DNA from: the human T2T-CHM13v2.0 reference genome, Homo sapiens
NCBI RefSeq assembly: GCF_009914755.1
Contig: NC_060926.1
Length of the DNA: 64,000 nt
Direction: 5' to 3' (one strand)
Position numbers and translations under genes: made by a program. The notes under the pieces are model-generated. The model ran no database searches. It saw only the letters and a program-made list of their open reading frames with translations, and was not told the origin of the DNA. Shown in pieces: positions 1 to 13,231 of this stretch (positions are counted from its first letter, which is position 1; every line of letters starts with the position of its first letter).

Positions 1-2314
1 ACTTAACCTGTGTTACTTTGAAAACATTTCTTTTCCTTAATTTTTAATATGGGCAACTAATTCATTTCCTCCAATGCCAAGAAATTATTTTTACACATAG
101 CAACAAGTGTATGGGGTGATTGAGGGTTCCAGCCAATGAGAAGGCACATCCCTCCGTGAGGCTGAACCTTATCTGTCTCCCTTTGTCCCTTCTCATGTCC
201 TCTCCGGTCCTCTCTCCTTTCTGGGTGGGATTCTCTTTCTTGGTAACTAAGTCCCTCCTCCCTTCTCTCTCACTCCCTGTTGACCAGACACAGCCACTGC
301 AGGCTGAGGGTGGGAGGCCGGGGAGCCAGGCGGGAGGGGCAGGAAGGCGCTGGGTCACAGCCCGAGGCCACTCCTGGCTGGCTCTGGGGTTGGCTTTGCT
401 CAAGGCGAGAGCTGTCAACTCTGCCCTTTTGAAAATGAGCAACAAAGGGAAAAAGAAAAGAAAAAAGAAAGGGAAGTGGGGGAAGCACAGGGTGGGCAGT
501 GGGGGGAGGCGAGTGCCGAGGGAACAGGTGGGGACTGTTTAAACAGAAGGCCTGACTCAGCCGTTTCTTTTCACTGCATTTCCAAAGGACTGTTTGTTTT
601 AGCTCCCCAAGGCGGGTGGCAGGAGTGAGGCTGGGGGCCCAGCCCTGGGGAGAAGCGGGGCCTGGGCTTTGGGGGTGGGGAGCAGGTGTCCTCTGGGCTC
701 ACAACAGCCTTTCCTACTTCAGGGGCTGGCTTACTTCATGCACTTCCTGGTTTTTGAGCTCCGGGGCTTTCACCTAGAGAAGCTTTGGGGATGATGGAGG
801 ATGGAGAACTGGGTATGAGAAGCTTCAGGAAGAACCATGACACCCCCCTTCCCACTCCCAAATGAGGTATTGATCTAGAAAATATGTAGATGAAGAGAAT
901 GGTAAAGGGATGAGGAAAAAGAATTATCAAGCCCTCCTCCATCCAATATCATAAGACACTAGAAAGTCCCTCTTCTAGAAGAATACCTATACTTCTTGAG
1001 TCCACAGTTACATTCACAAATAAGGCAGGGCTTGGGACTTGCGATTTGCTCCTGTTAAACCACACCTCCTACAGGAAGGCTCCAGGTCACCTTGTCTTTG
1101 TACACCAAGCTCTGTTTCTTTCAATTAATTCACCTTGGGCTTGCCTATATAACCCTGGAGATCAGTGATATGGTCTATATCAGAGAAGAACAATTTGCAA
1201 ATCCAGGATGGGAGGTGTGGCGATGTTCTTTTGTTTAAGCGACCATTTAGAAAGCTAATTCTTTCAAAAGGTTCAGACTTATCAGACCACTATTAGTGCC
1301 TAAGAAAAATAATGTGGTTTTAGGATTTGATGGATTTCTCCCCAGGGAGAAATCCATGAGCTCAACATGAGCTCCAGCATGGAACATAGTTGGTCTAGAT
1401 GCAAGCTGCACTTAAACCAACAAATGATTAGCATTAAAGGAGAAGGGTAAACAAGACTCTAATTCATAAGTTGCTAACTCTTCCATTACAGTTCATGAAT
1501 TGTCCTCACCTCCATGCAGCCCAGCTTGATCCTTATCAGGTACTCACCATACTGTGTCTCCACTCTGTGTCTTGTGTCTACCTCCTTTGCCTCCTCTTCT
1601 CTCCTTCATTCCCATTCTTCCTGGCTGCCTAGAAGTAGCTCAGCCAGCCTTGCCTGAGCTTGTCAGTTCCAGGGATCAGGGAGTCGGGCATTCCCTCTGC
1701 ACAGAACCCAGTGCAGTGTCAGTACATGATCATTAGTAAATGCCTTCTGACTTTGACGGTGGTGGGTCAGGGCAGACCTGTAATATTTTACCTGGTTGTT
1801 TTGCTTAACATCAAATCAAATTTAAAAGATAAAAAATACTCGGGAATTTCCACATTTGACCAGATTCATAATCCATCCAGGGAAGTATTCTTATACCCTG
1901 AAGGTGTATCAGATCTAACGCCTATTCTAATCACTCTACCTTAGCAGGAAATTGAATAAGGGTTGTGGGATCCTTAGCTTACAAGTCTTCTGGTGACTCT
2001 GATTAAAATTAAGAGGTTGGATTAAAGTTAAGAGTTTGCTCTGAAAAGTTATGAGTTTGGATTAAATGATAGCTTCTCTAGTTTTTCCCTCCACCACTGA
2101 AGATCTTATGATTTCTTTTATTATCACATGAATTTCATATTGTGAAATATTTACAATTAAAATCTTTACAGACAGTATTCTACATTTCAAATCTCCAATA
2201 TCAAAAACATAACTAGCCATTAATGTGTAAGATAACTGGTGTTTACCATGTAGAGTTCATTTAATTTCAAGAAAACCTATTGCATTTAACTGTTGCTAAT
2301 GATTATAATAATAA

Positions 2315-2857
2315 CAATAAATATTGGTGAGGATGTAGAGAAACTGGATCCCTCATGCATTGCTGGTGGGAATGTGAAATGGTGTAGCCTCTGTGGAAAA
2401 TGGTGTGGCAGCTCCTCAAAAGGTTAAATATAGACTTACCGTAAGACCCAGCATTTCCACTTCTAGGTATATAAACCCAAGAGAGCTGAAAACATATGTC
2501 CGCACAATAATGCACTAAAGTTTATAGCAGCATTATTCCTGAGAGACAAAAAATGGAAACAACCCAAATGTCTATCAACTGATGAACAGATAAGCAAAAT
2601 GTGATATAACTATACAATGGACTATTATTTGGCAATAAAAATGAATAAAGTACTGATACATGCTACCACATGGCTGAACCTTGAAAACATTATGCCAAGT
2701 GAAAGCAGCCAGGCAGAAAACAGGCAAATATATAGAGACAGAAATTGACTGGGAGGCCAAGGCCAGAGAATCGTTTGAACCTGGGAGGCAGAGGTTGCAG
2801 TGAGCTGAGATCGTGCCACTGCACTCCAGCCTGGGTGACAAAGTGAGACTCCATCTC

Positions 2858-2888
<31 letters not shown>

Positions 2889-3115
2889 AGAAGAAGAAAT
2901 TGACTAGTGGTTGGCTGGGGCTGGAGGGTGGGAAGGAATGGAGGAGTGGGTGGGGGGAACTGGCTTGGGGTTTCTTTTTGGGTAGCAAAATGTTTTAAAA
3001 CACATTGTGGTGCTGGTTGCACAGTGTTGAATATACCCAAAACCATTGAAATGTATATTTCAATGTATATTTCTTAAATGGACGAATCACATGTGAATTA
3101 CATTTTAATAAAGTT
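2315..3115 (+). mobile_element. L1M (L1MB-like) 3' fragment interrupted by an Alu
   Basis: Typical L1 ORF2-end/3'UTR text (ggtgaggatgtagagaaactgg...gcattgctggtgggaatgt...aaacaacccaaatgtctatcaactgatgaa), ending in aataaa at ~3107. Confidence 0.85.
2751..2894 (+). mobile_element. 5'-truncated Alu (right arm plus poly-A)
   Basis: Alu right-arm sequence, long A tail, TSD agaaattgact at 2740-2750 and 2895-2905. Confidence 0.93.
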
Positions 3116-5409
3116 GTTACAGAAAGAAAAAAGGTAAGTGCTAAACTCATTGCAGTGGTGGTTAGAGAAGAACACTGGATTTGTCAAGCCTGGCTTCCCA
3201 GAGGAGGTGGAATTCCTGCTGGGCCATGAAGAAGAGGTAGGGTTGATTGTGGAGAAGGCCCTTAAGGTCCTTCCAGGATTGATGGGAGAGTTAATTAGCA
3301 GAGGCTCAGAGGCAGGGGTGGCCTTGGCCTGCATGGGGGCAATGAGACTGTCTCCCTGGCTGGAGGAGAGCGTGCACTGGAGGATTTCTGCAGAATGATA
3401 AGCAGGTGAGCTGGAACTGATAGGAAGGCCCTGAAGTCCCAAACAGGACCCTGGACTTGACTCCTCACAAGCAGGGGACGCTGAAGTTTCTTGGGTAATT
3501 TGACGGAAGCAGTGTTTTAGGAAACTTCAAAGCTTTATTTGGCAGAGAAATATAAGCAGAGTTAGAGTGGGGAGAGATTAGAAGAGGAATGGGTAGCTTA
3601 TTCGAGTAAATCCAATGAACAGGGCTGTCACATTTTCTCTTTAGATAACTTTATCTCTCTAGTTATATCTCCTTGCAGTCCCTACCCTCCACCCTGTATA
3701 CCAACCACACTAGTTCCCTCTCCCCCAAACACCCATGACATTTTATACCTTGGCCCCTCTCCAAGCCCCCCACCCCTTATCTGGAAAGCCATGTCTCTTC
3801 TCCATTTAGTAAACTCCTATTCAGTGTTGAGGACCAGCTAGATGTGTTTTCGTGGGAGGGGAGGAGAATCGGGTTGAAGGGCTTGGGGGGTATAGGGATC
3901 CCTACAGAGCATTAAGGGAGGTGCTCTTGCCTGGATGAAAGGCGGAACAGAGGTCTGGTATAATTTAACCACATGTGCATTAAAGACAGAGGATGGGCAA
4001 ATATGGGACCTGAGACAAAGTGGAGAACCTGTGACCAGGATAGCTGAGAGGGTAAAGGGTCAGCTTCCAGTTTTCTTACTAGTCTAGAAATGGCTTTTCA
4101 ATGGTACCCAGGGTGTATCCTGGAAGTGGGTGCTCTTAAGAAGCCAAGCTGGGTTGAACAAAATGCCACTTCCCTGGGCTGTCCTTTCAAAAGACAGTCT
4201 CTGCCTCTTCCTGGCACTTCTGTTTGTTGCACTATGCATTAAAGCATGGTGTTGGCACTTGCCCACCTCTCCAGCACTTCAGTGAGACAGCTACTCCTTA
4301 AAGCTAGTGATATGAAGACAATGTCTCATGAGTTCCCTCTACCCTGGTGCAGCTTATCATGATCCTCTAGCTCCAAATGGCCTCCAATGGTAGAATTCCA
4401 GGTACAGCACAAGTGTTAATACCTCCTTTTTTTGCCTTGGCTTTTTTTAATTTCTTAGGGGGTGATGGTTCTGGGTGGCCAACCTCTTTATGTTAGATGC
4501 TTTATTTCAGTCATTATAAAGTGAGCATCCATGGAAATGGAGTCACATTTAATAATGTGAATTCAAATGTATGTAATTCAAAGAGACAGAGGACAGAATG
4601 AACAAGTTGAAAGGGTGTGTGTGATGATGTGAGCCTGAGATAGGTGCTGTCAATCTGCCATCACCTCCCAGCCTCTCTATCCTCAAGTACCTCCCCCAGT
4701 GTGAGCAGCTCATTAGGTGGGGGATGACTATGGTGTTTACAACATGGCCCCTAAACACAGTTCAACTACTTCACCGGCTGCACAATTGAAGAAACTGATC
4801 TCTTTCTACAAGGTCGGAATTAAAGCAGACCTTGCTGGATCTATTGAGAAGTGTTGTGTACTCTGCAATGGAGGGAATTCAAAGCTTGACCACATAAGAC
4901 TTTTCCCTTAGACACTGACTTTAAAACGAAATCCCCATGGAAGTTGCTTCACTGGGGCCACTTGCAGTGTCTGTCACAATGGTAGAATGAGCTAAGGTTG
5001 AGCCTTGAGGGAGCTCACAGTTGGGAAACAATTTACAAGCACATTGTTTCTGCTCCTGGCCTGCTCATTGCTGCCTTGTTTCTATTCCACCCCCTGGTGC
5101 TGCTTCTCATCTCTTCGGAGGTGAACAGGTCCCCCCACCCTGTCCTTTCCCTCTTTATAAGTGGTCTGACATGTGAGGGTGAGGAAGGAGTTGGCCTGAT
5201 TGAGTATATAGTTTTTAACAAATTCAAATGTAAACTTTTGGTGGTTCCTATTTTTTATTTACTAAGCAGAAAGAAAGTGGTATCTGCTCATTCCTGGCAT
5301 TGAAAACAAGGTTGACTCACCCTCTCACTATATGGTGGCTGGCACACTAAAGCCAACCACAATCATGGGTTTCAGCAATTGCCTTACATTGTTCCTCATT
5401 TTTGCCATT

Positions 5410-5560
5410 CATTAATCCATCAGTTTTTCCATGCACCCATCTATCCACTCGTCCACCTACCTATCCACCAACCTATCCATGTATCCATCCATCTGTTCAT
5501 CCATCTATCCACCCGCCCCACCCATCCTTTCATCCAGCCGGTCATTCATCTACCTGCCTA
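5410..5560. repeat. Degenerate (CCAT)n simple repeat
   Basis: Repeated atcc/ccat/ccac units. Confidence 0.8.
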
Positions 5561-5578
5561 TTAGTTTATTTTACATAA

Positions 5579-5768
<190 letters not shown>

Positions 5769-5851
5769 TAACGTTATGCTTTGCAACTTTGGAAGCACAT
5801 ATGTGACAGGGTCATGATGAGCAAACACCACAAAACACAGGTTAAAAACCA

Positions 5852-6337
<486 letters not shown>

Positions 6338-6598
6338 AAAATTTTATACAACATAGCAAAGCTTATAGTGACAAGCAACTTTCTCTTTTCCTGCTCATCC
6401 TTATCTCCCCAGTTCCTCTTTCCGGTTTGTAGGGTATGCGTCCACAAATACTCTTTGCATGAGAAGTATTCTATGTAAATCCTTGTTTTTTATTTATTTT
6501 TCTAAAGTGGTATCATAAAATGTGTACTGTTACCTTGCTGTTTTTCATTTAACAATATGTCTTGGGTATTTCCCCACATCTCTCAAGCCACTTTTCTT

Positions 6599-6915
6599 GG
6601 TTGGGTGTGGAGGCTCACATCTGTAATCCTAGCACTTTGGTTTGAGCCCAGGAATTTGAAACCAACCTGGGCAACATAGTGAGACTCCTGTCTCTATAAA
6701 AATTAAAAAATTAGCCAGGCATGGTGGCATGTGCCTGTACTCACAGCTATTCGGGAGGCTGAGGTGGGAGGATCACTTCAGCCCAGGAGGTTGAGACCTC
6801 CTGGGTTGAGACTGCAGTGAGCCTTGATCACACCACTGCACTCTAGCCTGGACAACACAGTGAGACCCTATATCAAACACACACACACACACGCGCACAC
6901 ACACACACACACACA
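6599..6915 (+). mobile_element. AluJ-type element with (CA)n tail
   Basis: Alu body with a deletion in the left arm; (CA)n ~6877-6915; TSD acttttctt at 6590-6598 and 6916-6924. Confidence 0.9.
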
Positions 6916-7044
6916 ACTTTTCTTTTTCCTTCCCCTGGCACTTCTTTCTTTGATCTCCACACTGAACTCCACATTCAACCTCTACCTGTGACTTCTTCAT
7001 TTTTGGCAATTTATCTGAACAACAGCAACAATGACGTAGCAAAC

Positions 7045-7210
7045 ATATAGCATTCTACATATATAAACCTGTTTAATCCATGCAACAAAATTATAAGGTA
7101 GATAATATTATCCCCACTTTATGAAAGAGGAGACTGAGGCATAGTGAGGTCCCAGCAGAGAGGTGAGCAGTAGAGGGGGATGTCAAACAGGCAGTTCAGC
7201 TCTGGAGCCC
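7045..7210 (-). mobile_element. MIR
   Basis: Core attatccccactttatgaaagaggagactgaggc. Confidence 0.7.
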
Positions 7211-9782
7211 AGCAGCTCAGCCTCTATGGTGTTTGTCTTCATTTGCTTTTTGATTTCAATATTCTATAGACTTGCAGCTGAGGGGCTCCTGCTTCTGGGC
7301 TGTGCTCCACCCCCCATCCCTGTTGCGGGTGATGAAATTCAGATAATCTGAGGATGACAGAGGCAGCCCATAATCCTGGAGGAGCCTCCCACCATTCCAT
7401 GTAATCCAACCTTCCTGGGTTATATATTACCGGGGAAAACCTGGGCCACAGAAAGCCCCTGACCATGATTTCTGTGTGCTGGCTGGTGTATCTTTGGGAA
7501 CTCTATCCAGTCTTCCATCTAGTTTCTCGCTGATAGGCTTGGGAACCTCTTTAGAATGCCTCATGTATGCAACACAAATTAGTTCTCTTGACCATCTCCC
7601 CTGAAAGCCATTCGCTTCTAGCCGCCTGTCTTGGCTCCCTGCCAGTGTGCCTCTGACTTTGCAAATGCTGCAAGAGGCAGCTATGTTCCCAACGGCTGCC
7701 CAAATGGGATGCCACCACGGGCGCCTGCCTGCTCTGTGGTGGTAGGAGATAAGGATACTTTCAGAGCTCTGAGCAAAGTGCTTGGAGAGGGCCCTCCGAG
7801 ATGGGAGAGAGGCTTTTGGATTTGGGCATTGGGGACTGCTCATGAAGGGAAGCCTTTGATCTGGAGCATGTCAGGTGGTGAGGGCAGGGGGCAGGGGTGG
7901 GGTGAGCAGAGGCTATTCTGGGCAAGGAGAACCTCATTGGTGAGACACACAAAGAGATTTGAGACTGAACTGTGTTCAGTACGAAGCCCCAAACTCAGCT
8001 GGAGCTGACCCTAGATTGCCTTCGATTCAAATCCTACCTGAATATACAGGGCCCAGGAGAAACTCTGCCTCCTTTCTCTCCAGCCATTCTGGCTGTCAGC
8101 AGCATTTATCATGCAAAAAAAAGCAACAACTATTTGTTGAGGCCAGCTGTTTGCCAGCACTGTTCTCCATCTGGCGTGGATTGAGATACTTTCTCTCCAT
8201 ACTTTCTGGGTTCATTGAAGTTGGGTGAGATGGAGATGGGACAGGACCCTCCAAGCCTCCTGATTGAGCCTTTAAGCCTCCCTCTCCCCTTGTCCCAGGC
8301 TGGGAAGGTTTTCCTCATTTTTTAGCATCCAGTGAGTGACTGGTAGCCATGGCCAGATATGGCCTGGAGCTGGTTTTCCAGGGCCCACTTTAGATTAGGT
8401 GCTTGGCAATGATGGGGCAGAGCATGAAGGTGAGAAGGAGTTGGGTCTCTGTGCCTGGTAGCATCAGAATCTCTTCTATCTCAAGGTCCTGAGAGGTATG
8501 TGGATACTTGTGGATGCATTGGTGGCCAAGTTCATTGGTGGCCAAAAAGAAAAAAAATAAATAATCAAAGACCATACAGAGAAACTAGAACATTAAAACA
8601 ACTTCTCCAGAAAGACGGGCAAGATGAAGGTGAGACTAAACAGAGACCTTGATACCTTGAGATCCAGCCTCAGGTTCTCGTGGTCACACGCTGTTGCTTC
8701 TTGGACTCTGAGATCTCTGGATGCCACTCTTGGAATTCTTGGAGAGGATCTGGGACTCTCCCCACATTGGGGAGGAGGCAGACTCACAGGATTTTAGTCT
8801 ATGTGACATGTAACTAGATTGGCAACAAAGGAAACCACATCATAGCCACACAGAGGAGGGAATGCAGCCACGGAGCTGGAATTGCCTGCCTCGGGGGTGA
8901 TGGTTGGAGTCCCTCAATATTTGACAAGAGTCTATCTTTATTTTCCGAAAAGAAGCAGAGTAGAAATGAAAAAGAATCATTCAAAGGATGACGAGTTGAG
9001 TGTTTGGAGGGGCAGTTACAGTTTCCACCCCTTAAACACTGGGAAAACAACAAGAGTCGCAGCAACCCTAGAGATTCCGGAGAGTTCTGGACTGCACTGG
9101 AAGTGCATGGAAGCTGAGTGGGAGGGGGAGGAAAGTGATGCCTAAAAATACTCCATGAGGGAGGGCTTATGAGGTCATCTCCCCAGGATACTCTGTCTAC
9201 CCTGGCCAGACTCTGACCGCAGCCCCAGGGCCAGCTCTGAGTACAGTCATCTGAATAGGGCAGGAGCTTAGGAACGGGTGTTGATGGATGGGCAGCTTGA
9301 GAGGGACAAGGGGAACCTGGAGAGGATTCAGAGAAGGGACCCAGAGGTGATGAAATGGCTGGAAACTAGAGCTCGGTGGCCAGGTCAAGGGACTGGGACT
9401 GGCTCTACCTGGAGAAGAGAGGGAGGTTGAGTGAGGGGTTAGGGAAGAGCCCTGCCCCCCGGTGCTCAGGCCCTGGCTCTTCTCTGGCCTTGCTGAGGAT
9501 GGAATTAGGGTCACAGTGCAGCTTTGCTCTTGAGGATGGACTGAGTTCCTGGAGCTTTAGAAACCCTATAGCAAGGGGGAGCTACGTTTTCAGATTATCA
9601 GCACGATCACCCCCTTCTGTAATTGAGAGTGACTAACACTTACAGCCATTGCAGCTAACAGATCCCTAAAGCCCTTGTGGCCTGGAAGAATGACTCATGA
9701 ATGGTGTTTCAGACAGCTGGCCTGGCTGGGGGTGGACACAGGTTTGAACAGTTGGGACACATGCCTGGTACGCATCAATCAC

Positions 9783-9920
9783 TCTCAGTCTGTTGCCCAG
9801 GCTACAGGGCAGTGGTGCGATCACAGCTCACTGCAGCCTTGAACTCTTGAGCTCAAGTAATCCTCCCAACTCAGGCTCTGAGTAGCTGGGATTCCAGGTG
9901 TGAGCGATTGCGCCCAGTCT
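9783..9920 (-). mobile_element. Old Alu monomer (FAM/FRAM-like)
   Basis: ctgttgcccaggct...gctcactgcagccttgaactcttgagctcaag...ctgggattccaggtgtgagc. Confidence 0.8.
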
Positions 9921-10029
9921 GAAGCCCCTCATTTTTACACTGGACCCATGAAAGGAGGACTGGAATGAGGTTGGAGTGGGTGGGTATAGACTTTCTCAGG
10001 AGGAAGAAACTAACTCATACTTCTGCGGC

Positions 10030-10235
10030 ACCTTCCGTGTGCCAAGAACTTTACGTGGGTAGCCTCATTTAATTTTTACAATAATCCTGTCGGGGAAGGA
10101 AGAGACAAACTGTTCTTTCCATTTTACAGATTAGGAGATCAAGCAAAAAGAGATTAAGCTTGTACCCAAACTCACCTAGTTACAATTGGAGTGGTACAGT
10201 TGAGACCTGACCAGGCAGGTCTAATTCCAGAGCCC
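10030..10235 (-). mobile_element. MIR
   Basis: Core ccattttacagattaggagatcaag. Confidence 0.65.
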
Positions 10236-11339
10236 ACTTGCAGTTGATGAGGGAAATCTAGAGACATAGTCAGATTTTTCATCTGGCCCCAGAACTCTTC
10301 AGACAAAGGTGCCCAGGAGCACATCCTTAGGTCAAGCTCACCTTCTGACTCTCAGAGTCCACATCTAAATTTAGAGAAGGCCAGTTCAGAGATTCTCCAG
10401 TACCCCTCCCATGTCTTAGCTTTGGAGGGTCCAACTTGGAGCATCCCTGAGGTTTCCCTAGGTGGAGAGAAAAGCTATGTGGGGGAGGAGAGATGCAGTT
10501 TACGTGTCTCAAAGTGGTGAAAGAGATACAATCCCCAAGCTTGGATTTGCAATTGGTGTCTGGTTGCCTTGGCCTGGAATCTGAACCTGAACTGTTTTCC
10601 ATGGGCAAATTAGCTAAACAATCCAGCCCACAAAGGGAGCAGCTCTGATATGTCGGTGAACAAGCTCAGAGAGGTGGGGGGCCGTGGGGGCGCACAGAGT
10701 TGACAGCGGAGGGAGGAAGGCTACTGGCGAGAAGCCGACCTTCTCTTATCTTGCTGCCTGCGGAGTCAGCCTTTGCTTGAGAACCTGGCGAGGAGGCTGG
10801 TCTGATTTCCCTGTGGTCTGAACGGTGGGAATTTTGTTTTGGTGGCAGATTATATTTTCCCAAGGTGGTTTGAGTTACACCTACCCCGTTTCATTTAATT
10901 AGGCTGGTGCTGCTGTCTATTGTGTCTCCTGGGCCTTCTTGCATGAATAAATAGTAACGTGTTTGTTTTCTTTTGGGTGGGGCACTTTTTAAAAAATGGT
11001 GGGGTTGGCAAAAGTGGGGAGGTCCTCAGGAGGGATGATGAAGTCATCAGGAAACAGGTTAGAGGCAAATGTTCACCCCGTGGAGCTCAATAACTCCTTT
11101 CCCCCACCTCTGGGGCCCACTTTTATACAATGTATTCAGAGCCTCCTCTGTTTTCACTTCTGTTCCCAGCCAGGCTTGCTTTCTCTTTGCGGTGTGCCTG
11201 GAAATCAGGTGTTTCCTCCTCCAGGCCTACTGGCCTCCCCTCATCCCTTCTCATTTTACTGTAGTTTTCCATCCAGCTCCCTCCTTCTCTCTCTCTCTCC
11301 ATCTCTCTCTAGCTTCTGGCTACTCCAAGATTATTAACA

Positions 11340-11640
11340 GGCAACCATGAAATATTATGCAGCCATAGAAAGAATATAGGAACTCTATACACGTCCACAT
11401 GTAATGCTTTCCAAGAGATATTGTAAAGAGAAAATGCTGTAAATAGTATGCCCTCTGTGTGTAACAAAGAGATGCTTACCTGTGCACATAATATTTCTGG
11501 AAATACACAAAAGAACTGGATGGAGTCTGGAATAGAGTCTGGATTTGGAGACAGACCTACTTTTATATTGCATTCTTGAGTTCTATTGACATTTTTTATT
11601 ATGTGCATGTATTACTTTTTATAATAAAGAATTAATTTAT
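11340..11640 (+). mobile_element. Old L1ME-like 3' fragment
   Basis: aaatattatgcagccatagaaa...atgtgcatgtattactttttataataaa. Confidence 0.55.
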
Positions 11641-11704
11641 AAAAGGAAAGCATACTATAATATTGTACATATTTAATTACTAGATTAAGCAGTGATTACG
11701 TTCT

Positions 11705-11835
11705 GTCTTAGAGGATGCAGGTTTGAATCCTAGTTACACCAAATATTAAGTATATGACTGTAGTTAATTTATTTAATCTTTCTAAACCTCAGTTCCCTCA
11801 TCTGTAAAAATAATAACCACGCCTACTTTACGAGG
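11705..11835 (+). mobile_element. MIR
   Basis: Core ctaaacctcagttccctcatctgtaaaa. Confidence 0.75.
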
Positions 11836-12339
11836 TTTTTAATCTCATACTTTGCAGTGAAGGCTATTGGTCGAGTACATCACTAAGTGGAAGTAAGTTT
11901 TAATTTCTGTGTGAAATTCTCCTTGAAAGTAAAAGCACAAATTATAAAAATAATTCAGACCATGGATTCTGATTTTTCCATTTAGAAAATGATATTACTA
12001 AATAATGAAAGTCTAGCTTGCAAGAAGAGTGAGAGTGTTGTTTACCTGGGATTGTTTTAGAGGCTTTGGGGAAAAGGCCAAGCGTTGGGCGATGGGGAGA
12101 ATTTGGTGAGGCTAGAGGTGAGGCCATTGCAGTTATAGGCAACAGTGAGGGCAGGGTGAAGGGAGGAAGGGACAGAGGATAGTGGTAAACAATGAGTAGA
12201 TCAGTTGCGCTGGAGAAGCAGTTTCCTCTAGAGGGCGATAAATAGAGACAAAGAGGTTGGAACTGGAAGGCCAAGCCAAGGATCATACACTGTGTCCTAC
12301 AGGCAGTGGGAGGCACTGCAGGTGTAAATGAGAAAGTGG

Positions 12340-12870
12340 CTGGGTTATCTTTTGCACTGTATGCAGTGGCATGAAACAATCTTTTGTCATGCTCACAAAT
12401 TCTGTGAGTCAGAGATTTGGACTGGGTATAGCAGGAATGATTTGTCTCCACTCTCCAATGTCTGGGGCTCCAGCTAGAAGACTCGAAAGTTGGTGACGAC
12501 TTGATGGCTGTGGCTGGTGTCATCTGAAGGCTTGTTTACTCACTTGTTTGCAGTTCACACTGCAGTCGGCTGAGTCCTCCGCTGTATCTGTCTCCCAGAC
12601 ACATGTCCATGGCATCTCCATGTAGGCTGGGCTTCCCCGTAACATGGAGGCTGGGTTCCAAGGGCAAGCATTTTGAGAGACCTAGGAAACTGTAATGCCT
12701 TTTCCAACAGAGTTTCAGAAGTCATGTCCTGGCTCCGCTCATCAAGACAGTCACAAAATCTTGCCCAAGTTCAAGGGGAGGGGAAGTAAAATCCCCCTCT
12801 TGGTGGAGGAACAGCAGGTGGAACCAGAAATACTGCTGTGGTCACCTTTGCAAAATACAATCTGTGACAG
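12340..12870 (-). mobile_element. MLT1 (MaLR) LTR
   Basis: gcagtggcatgaaacaa...gctcacaaattctgtgagtcagagatttgg...gggcttccccgtaacatggaggctgggttccaa. Confidence 0.75.
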
Positions 12871-12917
12871 ACAGTGTCATGGAAAAAGCCATTAATTCAA
12901 AACAAATATGTATTGAG

Positions 12918-13010
12918 GCTGCTCTGGCTATGGAGTAGCCATTCTTTATTCCTTTACTTTCTTGATAAACTTGCTTTCACTTAAAAACAAACAAACAAAT
13001 AAACAAACAA
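12918..13010 (+). mobile_element. Retroposed polyadenylated ERV1 LTR (MER41/MER4-group) R-region fragment
   Basis: gctgctctggctatggagtagccattctttattcctttactttcttgataaacttgctttcactt, then an A-rich tail; TSD aaca(a/c)atatgtattgag at 12901-12917 and 13011-13027. Confidence 0.75.
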
Positions 13011-13231
13011 AACACATATGTATTGAGCATCTGTTATGTGTTAGGTACCCTGCCCCTGCAAGAGCCTGGGGAGATAGTGATGAGAAAAAACAAACATGAT
13101 TCCAAGTCCTAGAGGTGACAGCCTGGTAAGGAGGCCAACTTGAATCAAATCATCACGTAAAAAATATAAAATTTCAACTATGGTAAGTCCTGGAGAGGAA
13201 CATGGGACTATGAGTTCCTATAACAGGGTAT

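Noticed and set aside
120-542. 140-aa ORF with a Lys-rich tail
   Set aside because: Non-ATG start, no family resemblance, and the Lys run comes from an A-rich tract.
2001-2066. Three degenerate ~19-bp direct repeats (gattaaagttaagagtttg)
   Set aside because: Short local slippage at the end of a MER5-like relic, with no spacer structure.
10675-10695. CTCF-like ccgtgggggcgc
   Set aside because: Only the 3' half fits the consensus; the CCASYAG part is poorly matched.
11942-12523. 193-aa minus-strand ORF
   Set aside because: Starts inside an MLT1 LTR and has no recognisable domain.
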